This document shows positions 1 to 10,538 of a DNA stretch of 53,213 bases, in pieces. Both the position numbers and the translations under genes were made by a program. The notes beneath the pieces were generated by a model. It was not told the DNA's origin, made no database searches, and was given only the letters and a program-made list of their open reading frames with translations. Within the stretch, counting starts at the first letter, position 1; every line of letters starts with the position of its first letter. The DNA is from Sphingomicrobium sp. (GTDB taxonomy: Bacteria > Pseudomonadota > Alphaproteobacteria > Sphingomonadales > Sphingomonadaceae), in assembly GCA_039920065.1 (NCBI GenBank), contig JBDSEL010000019.1, positions 1 through 53,213 on the forward strand, in the 5' to 3' direction.

Positions 1-16
1 CGAGCGGGCTCGCCAT
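1..16 (-). CDS. rpsB: 5' end (partial) of probable 30S ribosomal protein S2
   Basis: ATG at 16 reads MASPL(V) after a GGAAGGAG SD. It has a structured leader, and psd-pssA-rpsB is the usual sphingomonad order. Only 5 codons are visible. Confidence 0.6.
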
Positions 17-108
17 AAGACTTCTCCTTCCGGTTTCTTCCTCGACGGAGCCATGTACCAGCCGTTGGCTGGAACCGGTTTATGTCAGCTCCGTCTGCGG
101 GATGCGCG
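17..108 (-). promoter_or_regulatory. Structured 5' leader, probably the rpsB (S2) autoregulatory leader
   Basis: Nested inverted repeats GACGGAGC (44-51)/GCTCCGTC (88-95) and CCAGCC (58-63)/GGCTGG (67-72) lie between the promoter and the SD. Confidence 0.55.
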
Positions 109-110
109 GG

Positions 111-139
111 CCACTAGCCCAAGCCCGCCGCTATTTCAA
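111..139 (-). promoter_or_regulatory. sigma70-type promoter of rpsB
   Basis: Minus strand TTGAAA-N17-TAGTGG, with GC immediately before the -10. Confidence 0.6.
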
Positions 140-167
140 GGGCTTGGCGGGGTCGGAATAGCAGGAC

Positions 168-196
168 TTGACAACCAAGAACAAAGCATGAACATT
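168..196 (+). promoter_or_regulatory. sigma70 promoter overlapped by an alphaproteobacterial LexA (SOS) box
   Basis: TTGACA (168-173)-N17-AACATT (191-196). GAAC-AAAGCAT-GAAC at 179-193 is GAAC-N7-GAAC, the reverse complement of GTTC-N7-GTTC. Confidence 0.75.
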
Positions 197-228
197 GCCA
201 TCTCCAGCACCGGCGATCGTGCGGTTTT

Positions 229-253
229 GGAACGAAACGGGTCCATGGCTGTT
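229..253 (+). promoter_or_regulatory. EcfG (general stress sigma)-type promoter
   Basis: GGAAC (229-233)-N17-GTT (251-253), just upstream of the AAGGA SD of the ORF at 280. Confidence 0.55.
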
Positions 254-279
254 TAGCCGTCAAAGAAGGACATCATGCA

Positions 280-507
280 ATGACTGCAGCGCTTGGCACT
301 CTCGCTTTCCTGACCACCGTGTGGATGCTCGTCGTCGTTACCGCGATGGTCCTTGAGCAGAGCGGCGGGAAAATTCTCGCCGCCCTTAAGGGCCATGTGG
401 CCGTTGCACCCGTCCGTTCAGCTACGATCCGGATTCGCTATGGGTCGCACTCGGCTCGGGCAGCTCAGCCGATCCGCGCTACCGCCAGGCTGCGCGCCGC
501 TGCTTGA
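280..507 (+). CDS. Small hypothetical membrane protein (75 aa), candidate SOS/stress-induced
   Basis: AAGAAGGA SD 9 nt before the ATG; N-terminal hydrophobic helix; basic tail ending LRAAA; LexA box and EcfG-type promoter upstream. Confidence 0.7.
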   Translation: MTAALGTLAFLTTVWMLVVVTAMVLEQSGGKILAALKGHVAVAPVRSATIRIRYGSHSARAAQPIRATARLRAAA

Positions 508-1237
508 CCCGCGCGTAGGACATCAGGCTGAAGGGCACGGTCGCAAGGTAGATCAGCGACACCGCCAATAGAGTGATCCACGGTTCGTTGAACAAGGCCG
601 CGCCCAATAACGCCACGCCGGCAAGTCCGAACAGCCGCCACCCGCGGCGGATGCGGATCGACGACCAGCTGTAGGTCGGCAGGCTCGAGATCATCAGCAC
701 CGCGACGAACAACGTCCACGGCATGACCACAATCCAGCTTCGAAACCATTCATTCCCGCTGATCAGCCACAGGAAGATCGGCACGAACGCGACCCCTGCC
801 CCCGCTGGCGCCGGGACCCCGGTATTGAAGCCGGCCGACTTGTGCGGCTGGTGATCCGAATCGATCCGCGCATTGAACCGCGCCAGCCGCAGTGCGCAAC
901 AGACCGCTAGCGCAAGCGCGACCGTCCAGCCGAACTTGGGCGCATATTGCAGCGACCACAGATAGAGGATCACTGCGGGCACCGTCCCGAAGGCGATATT
1001 GTCGCTCAGCGAATCGAGTTCGGCACCGAATTTGCTTTCGGCGCGCAGGAGCCGCGCGATCCGACCGTCCATGGCATCGAGGACCCCAGCGATGACGATC
1101 GACGCCAGTGCCAGCTCCCATTGCTCGCCAATCGCGAAGCGCACCGCCGACAGCCCGAAGCACAAGGCCATGGCCGTGACGGCATTGGGCAGGAAAGCGC
1201 GAAACGCGATGCCGCGCCCCTCGCGCGCCTCTATCAC
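479..1237 (-). CDS. pssA: CDP-diacylglycerol--serine O-phosphatidyltransferase
   Basis: CDP-alcohol phosphatidyltransferase motif DAMDGRIARLL..S.FGAELDSLSD; coupled to psd by a GTGA overlap. Confidence 0.93.
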   Translation of the reverse strand: MIEAREGRGIAFRAFLPNAVTAMALCFGLSAVRFAIGEQWELALASIVIAGVLDAMDGRIARLLRAESKFGAELDSLSDNIAFGTVPAVILYLWSLQYAPKFGWTVALALAVCCALRLARFNARIDSDHQPHKSAGFNTGVPAPAGAGVAFVPIFLWLISGNEWFRSWIVVMPWTLFVAVLMISSLPTYSWSSIRIRRGWRLFGLAGVALLGAALFNEPWITLLAVSLIYLATVPFSLMSYARVKQRRAAWR

Positions 1238-1974
1238 TGGCTGACGCCGGTTAATTTGGGATCGCCGCCGACTTCGCCGATGATCGTTTCGCCGGCAATC
1301 GAACGCTGGCCGAGCAGGACCCGCGGCACCGTTCCGGCGGGCAGATAGACATCGACCCTGCTGCCGAAGCGAATCAGTCCAACGCGCTGGCCGGCCTCGA
1401 CCGTATCGCCCTCGCGGACGAACGCCATGATCCGCCGAGCGATCAGCCCGGCGATCTGGGTGAAGCCGATCTTGAGCCCGTCGTCGCGCTCGATCAGGAA
1501 GTGTTGACGCTCATTATCCTCACTCGCCTTGTCGAGGTCAGCATTGACGAATTTGCCCGGGACATAGGCCATGCGCTTGACCCGACCGCTGATTGGCGCG
1601 CGATTGATGTGGACATCGAACACGCTCATGAAAATCGACACCCTGGTATAGTCACCGTCGGGCATGCCCTCGGAACCGCGCAATTCGGGGGGCGGCGGGA
1701 CCTTGGAGATCAGGATCACCAGCCCGTCGGCGGGCGCGGTAATCCATTTGTCGCTGCGCGGGGTCACGCGAATGGGATCGCGGAAGAAGGCGGCGACCCA
1801 GATCGTCAGCAAAATCAGCAGCCAGCCGACGAAATGGCTGATCATGACATAGACGCTGAACGCGATCACCGCGGCGATGACGACGAACTTGCGGCCTTCG
1901 GGATGGACTGCGGGGAAACGCCATTTGACGGGCGCGACGGGGAGATGGGCGTTGGGCTTGTCTAGATCGGGCAT
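1234..1974 (-). CDS. psd: Phosphatidylserine decarboxylase proenzyme
   Basis: FFRDP, SIFMSVFDVHINRAP and GLIRFGSRVD (self-cleavage GS) motifs; start taken at MPDLDKP. Confidence 0.95.
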   Translation of the reverse strand: MPDLDKPNAHLPVAPVKWRFPAVHPEGRKFVVIAAVIAFSVYVMISHFVGWLLILLTIWVAAFFRDPIRVTPRSDKWITAPADGLVILISKVPPPPELRGSEGMPDGDYTRVSIFMSVFDVHINRAPISGRVKRMAYVPGKFVNADLDKASEDNERQHFLIERDDGLKIGFTQIAGLIARRIMAFVREGDTVEAGQRVGLIRFGSRVDVYLPAGTVPRVLLGQRSIAGETIIGEVGGDPKLTGVSQ

Positions 1975-2060
1975 TCGCAGACCCTTAAAGCGCACCCTTG
2001 CCGCGCACAACGGCGCATCCTAGAGGCCGGTGCAAATCTTCCAGTACGACAAGGAAAATC

Positions 2061-3290
2061 ATGGCCAAGATCAAGGTGAAGAACCCGGTCGTCGAGCTCG
2101 ACGGTGACGAAATGACCCGCATCATCTGGCAATGGATCCGCGAAAAGCTGATCCTGCCCTATCTCGATCTTGAGCTGGTCTATTTCGATCTTGGAGTCGA
2201 ACATCGCGACGCCACCGACGATGAAGTCACCATCGAAGCCGCCAACGCGATCAAGCAGCATGGGGTTGGCGTCAAATGCGCGACCATTACGCCCGACGAG
2301 CAACGCGTCGAAGAGTTCAAGCTCAAGAAGATGTGGAAATCGCCCAACGGCACCATCCGCAACATCCTGGGCGGCGTGGTTTTCCGCGAGCCCATCGTCA
2401 TTTCGAACATACCGCGACTGATCCCCGGCTGGACCGACCCGATCGTCGTCGCCCGTCACGCCTTTGCCGACCAGTATAAAGCGACCGATTTCCGAGTTCC
2501 CGGCCCCGGCCAGCTGACCATGAAATGGGTCGGCAATGACGGCCAGGAAATCGAGCATGTGGTGTTCGATTATCCAAGCTCGGGCGTCGCCATGGGCATG
2601 TACAATCTCGACGACAGTATTTGCGACTTCGCCCATGCCTGCTTCAACTATGGCATCAATCGCCAATGGCCGGTCTATCTGTCGACCAAGAACACCATCC
2701 TGAAAGCCTATGACGGCACCTTCAAGGATACGTTCCAGGAGATTTATGACAAGGATTACAAAGCCAAGTTCGATAGCCTTGGGATCGAATATCAGCATCG
2801 CTTGATCGACGACATGGTCGCATCCGCGCTCAAGTGGAGCGGCAAGTTCATCTGGGCGTGCAAGAATTACGACGGCGACGTTCAGTCGGACCAGGTCGCA
2901 CAGGGCTTTGGCTCGCTCGGGCTGATGACCTCGGTCCTGACCACGCCTGACGGCAAGACGGTCGAGGCCGAGGCCGCCCACGGCACCGTCACCCGCCACT
3001 TCCGCCAGCACCAGCAGGGCAAGGCGACCTCGACCAACCCGATTGCCTCGATCTACGCCTGGACCGGCGGCCTTAAGTATCGCGGCCGCTTCGACGACAC
3101 GCCCGAAGTGGTGAAATTCGCCGAAACGCTCGAACGCGTCTGCGTCGAAACCGTCGAAAGCGGACAGATGACCAAGGATCTCGCGATCCTCGTCGGCCCC
3201 GAGCAAGCGTGGATGACGACCGAACAATTCTTCGAGGCAATCGTCCAGAACCTCGACAAGGCAATGGCGGCGCAGGGTATCGGCGCGTGA
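2061..3290 (+). CDS. icd: NADP-dependent isocitrate dehydrogenase (type II)
   Basis: [32 protein letters not shown] and [12 protein letters not shown] motifs; AAGGA SD. Confidence 0.97.
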   Translation: MAKIKVKNPVVELDGDEMTRIIWQWIREKLILPYLDLELVYFDLGVEHRDATDDEVTIEAANAIKQHGVGVKCATITPDEQRVEEFKLKKMWKSPNGTIRNILGGVVFREPIVISNIPRLIPGWTDPIVVARHAFADQYKATDFRVPGPGQLTMKWVGNDGQEIEHVVFDYPSSGVAMGMYNLDDSICDFAHACFNYGINRQWPVYLSTKNTILKAYDGTFKDTFQEIYDKDYKAKFDSLGIEYQHRLIDDMVASALKWSGKFIWACKNYDGDVQSDQVAQGFGSLGLMTSVLTTPDGKTVEAEAAHGTVTRHFRQHQQGKATSTNPIASIYAWTGGLKYRGRFDDTPEVVKFAETLERVCVETVESGQMTKDLAILVGPEQAWMTTEQFFEAIVQNLDKAMAAQGIGA

Positions 3291-3940
3291 AGTGGCGGCT
3301 GCGGGACAGCGTTTCCGTAGTCTTAGCTCTGCTCGCTGCGCCGGTGTTCGCGCCCGAGCTGTTGGCCTTTCCCTATCGCGCGACGTCGGCCGATCTCAAG
3401 GTCTTCAGCGAAGTTCCGATCGACCGAAGATCGCTCGACGCAGTCACGGCCAAGACGCTCGCGCTGGTTGCAGCGAGCCCACTTGCTGAGGCGCATGAGC
3501 AGCGCCGAATTTTCCTAACTACCGGCGGTTGGCGCTGGACTTGGCTCGCCTTGCGGGAACGCGACTCCTTTGGCCTTTCGCGCCCGGGCCGTGAAACGAT
3601 CGTTCTCAATCGCAGTGACCTTGCCGCCGACCGGATTTCGAACGGCAGCTCCTTGGGCAACCGCCGAAGCCTGTCGGGAACGCTGGCGCACGAGATTTGC
3701 CACGGCATGACCCACCGCCGCTTCGGCATTGGCAGTGTCTGGACCAAGCCGGCGTGGCTCAACGAAGGCTATTGCGACCATGTCGCGCGCGAAAGCAGCT
3801 TGAGCGATGCCGATGTCGCCCGATTGACAGCCGCCGGACAATCCCACCCGGCGTTGATCTACTACGAAGGTCGTCGCCGCGTTGCGGCCGAGCTGGCGCG
3901 CAACCACGGCGATGTCGACGCCTTGTTCGCCGCTTACTAA
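3287..3940 (+). CDS. Putative zinc metallopeptidase-like protein (HExxH)
   Basis: LAHEICH plus downstream WLNEGYCD (gluzincin-like third ligand); hydrophobic N-terminus; GTGA overlap with the icd stop. Confidence 0.6.
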   Translation: MKWRLRDSVSVVLALLAAPVFAPELLAFPYRATSADLKVFSEVPIDRRSLDAVTAKTLALVAASPLAEAHEQRRIFLTTGGWRWTWLALRERDSFGLSRPGRETIVLNRSDLAADRISNGSSLGNRRSLSGTLAHEICHGMTHRRFGIGSVWTKPAWLNEGYCDHVARESSLSDADVARLTAAGQSHPALIYYEGRRRVAAELARNHGDVDALFAAY

Positions 3941-5139
3941 GCGGTCGGCGAGCTTACCCGCTCACGCCGCACGCCAAGGCCGATGATCCGCCCCGGTATC
4001 CGGCGCAGCAATGGATAATTGTCGAGCAATTTGACGATGGCCGGAACCCGCACTGGTCCACCGCCAAGGACTCGCCCGACGATCCGGTCCTGAGCCGCCC
4101 GCTGACCCGCCTGGATCACCCGCGTCGGGAACAGCCGCCGCCGCTGGACCTTGGCGAGCAAGCCATCGACCGGCTCGCCCCGGCGCAGCGGCCACGCCAG
4201 GACGTTGGCCGCAGCGACCGCGTCCTGGATCGCCAGATTGATGCCGATGCCGCCGATCGGGCTCATGGCGTGGGCCGCATCGCCAATCGCCAGCAGCCCC
4301 GGCCGCGACCATGAGGTCAGGCGATCGAGCGTCACGGCAAGCATTTTGACGTCCTCGTCCTTCATCAGAAATTCGCCGTCGAACCTGATGTCTGGAAAGG
4401 CTTTTTGGGTTTCCGACCTGAGCCACGACAAGCCACGCGCGCGAACCGCAGCTTCCGCCCCCTTGGGGATCAGGAACGCCGCCTGCCAATATTCATCACG
4501 ATCGATCAGCACGACCATCCGCCCCGGCGCCACCGATGCGCGCAGGGCGTCGCCACCATCGTCGCTCTTGGGCAGCTTGAACCACAATACGTCCATCGGC
4601 GCGCCGATCACTTCGACCGGCAGTAGGCCCAGACTGCGGACCAGCGACGAACGCCCATCGGCGGCGATCACCAGGCGCCCGGCCCGCTCCTCGCGTCCGG
4701 ACGCATAACGCACGCCGGTCACCCGCCCCGCCTTCTCGATCAAATCGGCGACCGGCTCCTCCATGGCCAGCGTGAACGCGGGCAATTTCGCGGCTTCGTC
4801 GCGCAGGAAGTCGAGAAATTCCCACTGCGGCATCATGGCGATGAACGGCGCCGGGGTGGCGAGGTGCGACAGATCGCCGATCGTCCAGTCGCGGTCGGCG
4901 ATGCGGATGCGCGCGCTCGTCAAGCGATTGTGCGGCCGCTTCAGGAACTGCGCGAGCAGCCCGAGCTGGTCGAGGATTTCCATCGTCGAGGGGTGGACCG
5001 TGTCGCCGCGAAAATCGCGGAAGAAGTCGGCGTGTTTCTCGATCACTTTGACCGGGATGCCGGCCCGCGCCAGCAGATAACCGGCCATCATCCCCGCCGG
5101 TCCTCCGCCAATGATGAGCACGTCCTGTGTTGCCGTCAT
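3937..5139 (-). CDS. FAD-dependent oxidoreductase/monooxygenase (UbiH-like family)
   Basis: GGGPAG Rossmann motif, IAADG, GDAAHAMSPIGGIGINLAIQDA. Confidence 0.9.
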   Translation of the reverse strand: MTATQDVLIIGGGPAGMMAGYLLARAGIPVKVIEKHADFFRDFRGDTVHPSTMEILDQLGLLAQFLKRPHNRLTSARIRIADRDWTIGDLSHLATPAPFIAMMPQWEFLDFLRDEAAKLPAFTLAMEEPVADLIEKAGRVTGVRYASGREERAGRLVIAADGRSSLVRSLGLLPVEVIGAPMDVLWFKLPKSDDGGDALRASVAPGRMVVLIDRDEYWQAAFLIPKGAEAAVRARGLSWLRSETQKAFPDIRFDGEFLMKDEDVKMLAVTLDRLTSWSRPGLLAIGDAAHAMSPIGGIGINLAIQDAVAAANVLAWPLRRGEPVDGLLAKVQRRRLFPTRVIQAGQRAAQDRIVGRVLGGGPVRVPAIVKLLDNYPLLRRIPGRIIGLGVRRERVSSPTA

Positions 5140-5194
5140 GACGTCGCCATAAGCGGCTTCCCCCCGGTGCGGTCAAGGCGCTAGGCTTCGGCCC

Positions 5195-6943
5195 GTGATT
5201 ACCCCCGATCCGATCGCCAACAGCGGCTTTGCCGATGCGCTGACCATCCTCGGCGCTGCAGGCATCGTCATTCCGACCTTTGCCCGCCTGCGGATCAGCC
5301 CGGTGATCGGCTTCATCCTGGTCGGGATCATTGCTGGTCCGTTCATGCTTGGGGCGCTGTCGGCGCACTATCCGTGGCTTCGCACAATCTCGATCAGCGA
5401 CCCGGGCGGGATCGAGCCATTCGCCGAGCTCGGCATCATCCTGCTGCTGTTCTCGGCCGGACTGCATATCAGTTTCCGGCGGCTGCGGGCGATGCGGCGC
5501 GAAGTGTTCGGGGTTGGCGCTGGCGAACTGATCGGTTGCGCGGCGCTGATCACCCTTGGTCTGCTGGTCGCCGATTGGCCGGTCGACAGCGCGGTCGCGG
5601 TCGGGCTTGCGCTCGCACTATCGTCGACCGCACTGGTCCTGCCGATTTCGGGCACCGATGGGCCTGTCGGACGAAGTGCTTTCGCGATGCTGCTGTTCGA
5701 AGACCTGGCGCTGGTCCCGATGCTGTTCGCGATCGAGCTGCTGGGTGGCGAGGCCGATGCCGGCAACATCATGCGCACCGCGGTGCTGGGCATCGCGGTG
5801 GTCGCTGCGATGCTCATCCTCGGTCGCCTGCTGCTGCCGATGCTGTTCGCCCAGGCCGCGCGGACCAAAAATCCGGAGCTGTTCCTGGCGATCAGCCTGC
5901 TGACGGTCATCCTCGCGTCGCTGGCCACGGGCGCGGTTGGCCTGTCGCCGATCCTCGGCGCACTGATCGCCGGCATCCTGATCGGCGAAACCGATTATCA
6001 TGCCGAGGTCGAGGCGATTACCGCACCGCTCGCCGGCCTTGCGCTCGGCATCTTCCTCATCACCATCGGGATGCGCATCGACCTGCCGCAGCTCGGCGCT
6101 CGACTGGGCGAGGTGCTGCTTGCGGTCGCCGCAGTCATTGCCGCCAAGGCGCTGGTCACCGCCGCCATGCTGCGCTGGTCGGGCGTGCGCACTGGCGCGG
6201 CGCTTGAGACCGGGGTGATGATGGCCAGCCCGTCGGAGACCAGCCTGATCGTGCTCACCGCCGCCGGCGCTTCGGGCCTGCTCCGCGGCGAGACGGTGCA
6301 ATTCTGGACCACGGTTACCGCCATCGGCCTGACCGTTACGCCGATCCTCGCCGCGCTCGGTCGCCGCCTGTCGACTCGGATCGAGCGCGATATCGGCGTG
6401 GGCGCGGCGGTCAGCGTCCATGGCCGCACGGTCATCTTTGGCTTCGGCCGCGTCGGGCAGATCCTCGCCGACATGTTGAGCGAGCACCATCGCCCCTATC
6501 TCGCGGTCGATAGCGATGTCGATGCCGTCGCCGCCGCCCGCCGTCGCGGCTATGAGGTGCTCTACGGCGACGTTGGCCGCGCCGAATTCGCTGACCGGCT
6601 CGACCTCGGTAATGCCGCCGCCTTGGTCCTGACGATGGACGAGCCGGTGCTGGTGGCGCGCATCGCCCGGCGCATCCGCGGCTTTCATCCCGAGCTTCCG
6701 ATCATCGCCCGAGCGCGCGATTCGCGCCACGCCGCGACGCTCTATCGGGCGGGCGTCACCGACGCCGTTCCGGAAACGCTCGAGGCCTCGCTCCAGCTCG
6801 CCGAAGCGACGCTGGTCGACATTGGCGTGGCGATGGGACCGGTCATCGCCAGCATCCACGAAAAGCGCAGCCAGCAACGGGCGGAAATCATGGCCTTCGG
6901 CGATTTGGAGGCCGAACCGAGCCTCGGGCGACGGCGAGACTAA
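5195..6943 (+). CDS. KefB/KefC-like K+ efflux antiporter (CPA2) with C-terminal TrkA-N/KTN domain
   Basis: Multi-TM region with LALSST and LLFEDLA; C-terminal [18 protein letters not shown]. Confidence 0.9.
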   Translation: MITPDPIANSGFADALTILGAAGIVIPTFARLRISPVIGFILVGIIAGPFMLGALSAHYPWLRTISISDPGGIEPFAELGIILLLFSAGLHISFRRLRAMRREVFGVGAGELIGCAALITLGLLVADWPVDSAVAVGLALALSSTALVLPISGTDGPVGRSAFAMLLFEDLALVPMLFAIELLGGEADAGNIMRTAVLGIAVVAAMLILGRLLLPMLFAQAARTKNPELFLAISLLTVILASLATGAVGLSPILGALIAGILIGETDYHAEVEAITAPLAGLALGIFLITIGMRIDLPQLGARLGEVLLAVAAVIAAKALVTAAMLRWSGVRTGAALETGVMMASPSETSLIVLTAAGASGLLRGETVQFWTTVTAIGLTVTPILAALGRRLSTRIERDIGVGAAVSVHGRTVIFGFGRVGQILADMLSEHHRPYLAVDSDVDAVAAARRRGYEVLYGDVGRAEFADRLDLGNAAALVLTMDEPVLVARIARRIRGFHPELPIIARARDSRHAATLYRAGVTDAVPETLEASLQLAEATLVDIGVAMGPVIASIHEKRSQQRAEIMAFGDLEAEPSLGRRRD

Positions 6944-9597
6944 GCGGAGACCGTCGCCAGCGCGGCCCGGACCGCCGCCAGCGCATCCTCGGCCTTGTCT
7001 CCGTCGGGACCGCCGCCTTGGGCCATGTCGGGGCGCCCGCCGCCACCCTGGCCGCCAAGGGCGGTCACTGCGGCCTTGACCAGATCGACCGCGCTGACAG
7101 CGGCGAGCAGGTCATCAGTGACACCTACCGCGACGCTGGCGCGGCCATCGTTGACGGCGATCAGTGCCGCAATCCCCGAGCCAAGGCGCCCCTTCATCGC
7201 GTCGACTTCGCTGCGCAGGCCCTTGGGGTCGAGGCCGTGAACGATCTGGCCAAGGAAATTCTGGCCAGCGATGCTTTCGGGGCCAGCGGCCTCGTTCTTG
7301 GCCGCGCCGCCGCCCAGCGCCAGCGCCTTTTTGGCCTCGGCCAATTCGCGTTCAAGGCGACGGGCATTGTCGACCAAGGCCGCGATCCGCGCCGGGACAT
7401 CGTCGGGCGCGGTCTTGAGGGTGGCCGCAGCTTCGCGCAGCTTGAGGTCGCGATTGCCGAGCCACAGGCGCGCGGCCTCGCCGGTCAGTCCTTCGATCCG
7501 GCGAACGCCCGAGCTGACCGCGCTTTCGGAAATGATCTTGAGCAGCTGGATGTCGCCCAGCGCGCGGACGTGGGTGCCGCCGCATAGCTCGACCGAATAA
7601 TCGGTGTTGCTGCCCTTGCCCATCGACAGCACGCGGACCTCGTCGCCATATTTCTCGCCAAACAGTGCCATGGCCCCGGCCGCAATAGCGTCGTCGGGGG
7701 TCATCAGCCGCGTCGTCACCGGTTGGTTGCCGCGGATCTGGGCGTTGACCTCGGCCTCGACCGCGGCGAGCTGATCGGCGGTCATCGCCTGATTGTGCGA
7801 AAAGTCGAAGCGGAAATGCTCGTCGGCTACCAGGCTGCCCTTCTGCGTCACATGGTCGCCCAATTGGTGGCGAAGCGCAGCATGGAGCAAGTGGGTCGCG
7901 CTGTGATTGGCGCGCACGCGATCGCGGCGCTCGGCGTCAACCCTCTGTTGCAGCACGTCGCCGACCGCGACCTCACCCTTCACGACCCGGGTCTTGAGCA
8001 CATGAAGTTTGCCCAGCGGTTTCGACGTATCCTCAACTGCGCCTTCGAAGCCCTTGAGCGAACTCAATTTTCCGTGATCACCGATCTGGCCACCGCTTTC
8101 GCCGTAAAAGGGCGTCTGGTTGAGCAGCAGCTGGACGATTTCGCCTTCGCCCGCGCGCTCGACCGGTTCGCCGTCCTTGACCATCGCCAGCACCACGCCT
8201 TCGCCTTCATCGCCCGAATAGCCGATGAACTCGGTCGTGCCATGCTGTTCGGCGAGGTCGTACCAAAGATCGTCGCTGAACTTGTCGCCCGAGCCCTTCC
8301 ATGCCGCGCGCGCTTGGCGCTTCTGCTCGGCCATTGCGGAATCGAAGCCGGCCCGTTCGACCCCCATCCCGCGCGCCCGCAGCGCATCTTCGGTGAGGTC
8401 ATAGGGGAAGCCGAACGTGTCATAGAGCTTGAACGCAGTTTCGCCCGCCAGCGTGCCGCCATCGCCCATCGTGGCGGTCGCTTCGTCGAGCAGTTTTAGA
8501 CCGTTGGCGAGCGTCCGCCGAAACCGCGTCTCCTCCTGCAGCAAAGTCGCTTCGATCAGCGGCTGGGCGCGGACCAGTTCCGGGTAAGCCGACCCCATTT
8601 CCGCAACCAGCGCAGGCACCAGGCGCCACATCAACGGGTCCTTGGCGCCCAGCAGATGGGCGTGGCGCATTGCCCGGCGCATGATCCGCCGGACGACATA
8701 ACCGCGACCATCATTGGCTGGCAAAACACCATCGGCGATGAGGAACCCCGAGGCTCGTAAATGATCGGCAATGACCCGGTGGCTGGCCTGGCTGTCGCCC
8801 TCGGCGAGGGTGCGGGTCAGCTCCTCCGACGCATGGATCAGCGCCTTGAATGTATCGGTGTCGTAATTGTCGGTAACGCCCTGCATCACCGCGGCGACAC
8901 GCTCGAGCCCCATGCCGGTGTCGATGCTCTTGTTCGGCAACTCGCTGACGATTTCGTCATTGGCCTGCTCATATTGCATGAACACCAGGTTCCAGATTTC
9001 GACGAAGCGGTCGCCGTCCTCGTCGGGGCTGCCGGGCGGACCGCCGGGGATATGGTCGCCATGATCGTAGAAGATCTCCGAACAGGGCCCGCACGGACCA
9101 TCCGAGCCCATGGCCCAGAAATTGTCCTTGGTCGGAATGCGGATGATCCGGCTCTCGGGTAGGCCGGCGACCTTTTTCCACAGATCGAATGCTTCATCGT
9201 CGGTGTGATAGACGGTCGCGGTCAGGCGATCGGGCGACAGGCCCCATTCCTTGGTCAGCAAGGACCACGCCAGCGTGATCGCCTGCTCTTTGAAATAATC
9301 GCCGAACGAGAAATTGCCGAGCATTTCGAAGAAGGTGTGGTGGCGCGCGGTGTAGCCGACATTGTCGAGATCATTGTGCTTGCCGCCGGCGCGGACGCAT
9401 TTCTGCGAGCTCGCAGCGGTCGTGTAGGGCCGCGTCTCGAGGCCGGTGAAGACGTTCTTGAACGGCACCATGCCGGCGTTGACGAACATCAAGGTCGGGT
9501 CGTTGTGCGGCACCAACGGCGCACTGGGCACGGCTTGGTGGCCGTTGGCGGCGAAGAAATCGAGGAAACCGCGGCGGATATCGTTGGTCGAGCTCAT
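6940..9597 (-). CDS. alaS: Alanine--tRNA ligase
   Basis: [36 protein letters not shown] editing site, [12 protein letters not shown]; start MSSTNDIRR. Confidence 0.98.
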   Translation of the reverse strand: MSSTNDIRRGFLDFFAANGHQAVPSAPLVPHNDPTLMFVNAGMVPFKNVFTGLETRPYTTAASSQKCVRAGGKHNDLDNVGYTARHHTFFEMLGNFSFGDYFKEQAITLAWSLLTKEWGLSPDRLTATVYHTDDEAFDLWKKVAGLPESRIIRIPTKDNFWAMGSDGPCGPCSEIFYDHGDHIPGGPPGSPDEDGDRFVEIWNLVFMQYEQANDEIVSELPNKSIDTGMGLERVAAVMQGVTDNYDTDTFKALIHASEELTRTLAEGDSQASHRVIADHLRASGFLIADGVLPANDGRGYVVRRIMRRAMRHAHLLGAKDPLMWRLVPALVAEMGSAYPELVRAQPLIEATLLQEETRFRRTLANGLKLLDEATATMGDGGTLAGETAFKLYDTFGFPYDLTEDALRARGMGVERAGFDSAMAEQKRQARAAWKGSGDKFSDDLWYDLAEQHGTTEFIGYSGDEGEGVVLAMVKDGEPVERAGEGEIVQLLLNQTPFYGESGGQIGDHGKLSSLKGFEGAVEDTSKPLGKLHVLKTRVVKGEVAVGDVLQQRVDAERRDRVRANHSATHLLHAALRHQLGDHVTQKGSLVADEHFRFDFSHNQAMTADQLAAVEAEVNAQIRGNQPVTTRLMTPDDAIAAGAMALFGEKYGDEVRVLSMGKGSNTDYSVELCGGTHVRALGDIQLLKIISESAVSSGVRRIEGLTGEAARLWLGNRDLKLREAAATLKTAPDDVPARIAALVDNARRLERELAEAKKALALGGGAAKNEAAGPESIAGQNFLGQIVHGLDPKGLRSEVDAMKGRLGSGIAALIAVNDGRASVAVGVTDDLLAAVSAVDLVKAAVTALGGQGGGGRPDMAQGGGPDGDKAEDALAAVRAALATVSA

Positions 9598-9702
9598 GAC
9601 CGTCCAGATATGCCGGATGCTGCATTGCGGCAAGGATCAGAAAAGCGCGCGCTTCACCTTGTCTCGCCGCTGGGTTAGTCGTGCCACCAGGGGAGGCTCA
9701 GG

Positions 9703-10527
9703 ATGCAGCGTTATTTATCGGGACTCCTGCGGGTCGTGAATCTCAAGAGCGTGCTGATCAGCGCGCTTGCGGTGCTCTCGACGTGGGTCAGCATGAAGCT
9801 CGACTTCAAGGCCGATTTCCCACTGACGCTGATCGCCACCGCGATCGTCTTCCCGCTCGTTTTCTCGATCAACACGGCCTATAATCGACGCGAGAAGAGC
9901 CTTGAGGAATATGGTGCGCTGAAGGCCAATGGCCGTGCCATTGCCCTGGCCTCGCGCGACTGGCCGGCGGTCAGCGATGCGGTGCGCGACCGCGAAGTCC
10001 GCGATGCCCTGCGACAATTGTTCGATTCCTGCCGCTCGATGGTCATGAGCCCGTTGGATGAGCGCGACACGCACGAGGCGGTCGTCCTCCACGCCTTTTC
10101 GCGACTGTCGGAAGTGATCGAGCATATGCGCGCGGGCGGCCTGGCGGCAACCGAATGTTCGCGTGCCAATGGCTATCTGACGCGAATGATGAGCGCCTTC
10201 GAGACGATCAAGCATATTCACAAATATCGCACGCCGCGCACGCTGCGCGCGTTCAGCGATTTCTTCATCCTGCTCCTGCCGATCCTCTACGGCCCCTATT
10301 TCGCTTATCTGACGGGTGAGCTTAACCGCGAATTGTTCTTCGTCATGCCGATCCTGTTCGCGCTCATCTTCACCGGCCTCGCCAATATCCAGGACGATCT
10401 GGAAAATCCGTTCGACGGCATCGGCAAGGACGACGTGGCGATCGACCCCGATCGTTACCTCGCCTCGGTCGAGATGCTGACCGGCGCACCACCGAGCCCG
10501 CTTGAGAGCGGCAAACCGCGCCGCTAA
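9703..10527 (+). CDS. Bestrophin-like (YneE/UPF0187) ion channel family protein
   Basis: About 4 TM segments; FSINTAYNRR and C-terminal LENPFDG..DD signature; GGAGG SD. Confidence 0.75.
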   Translation: MQRYLSGLLRVVNLKSVLISALAVLSTWVSMKLDFKADFPLTLIATAIVFPLVFSINTAYNRREKSLEEYGALKANGRAIALASRDWPAVSDAVRDREVRDALRQLFDSCRSMVMSPLDERDTHEAVVLHAFSRLSEVIEHMRAGGLAATECSRANGYLTRMMSAFETIKHIHKYRTPRTLRAFSDFFILLLPILYGPYFAYLTGELNRELFFVMPILFALIFTGLANIQDDLENPFDGIGKDDVAIDPDRYLASVEMLTGAPPSPLESGKPRR

Positions 10528-10538
10528 GCAGTCGCACC

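Noticed and set aside
53-256. 67-aa ORF in the rpsB/ORF280 intergenic region
   Set aside because: It overlaps the rpsB leader, the promoters and the LexA box, and has no protein-like features.
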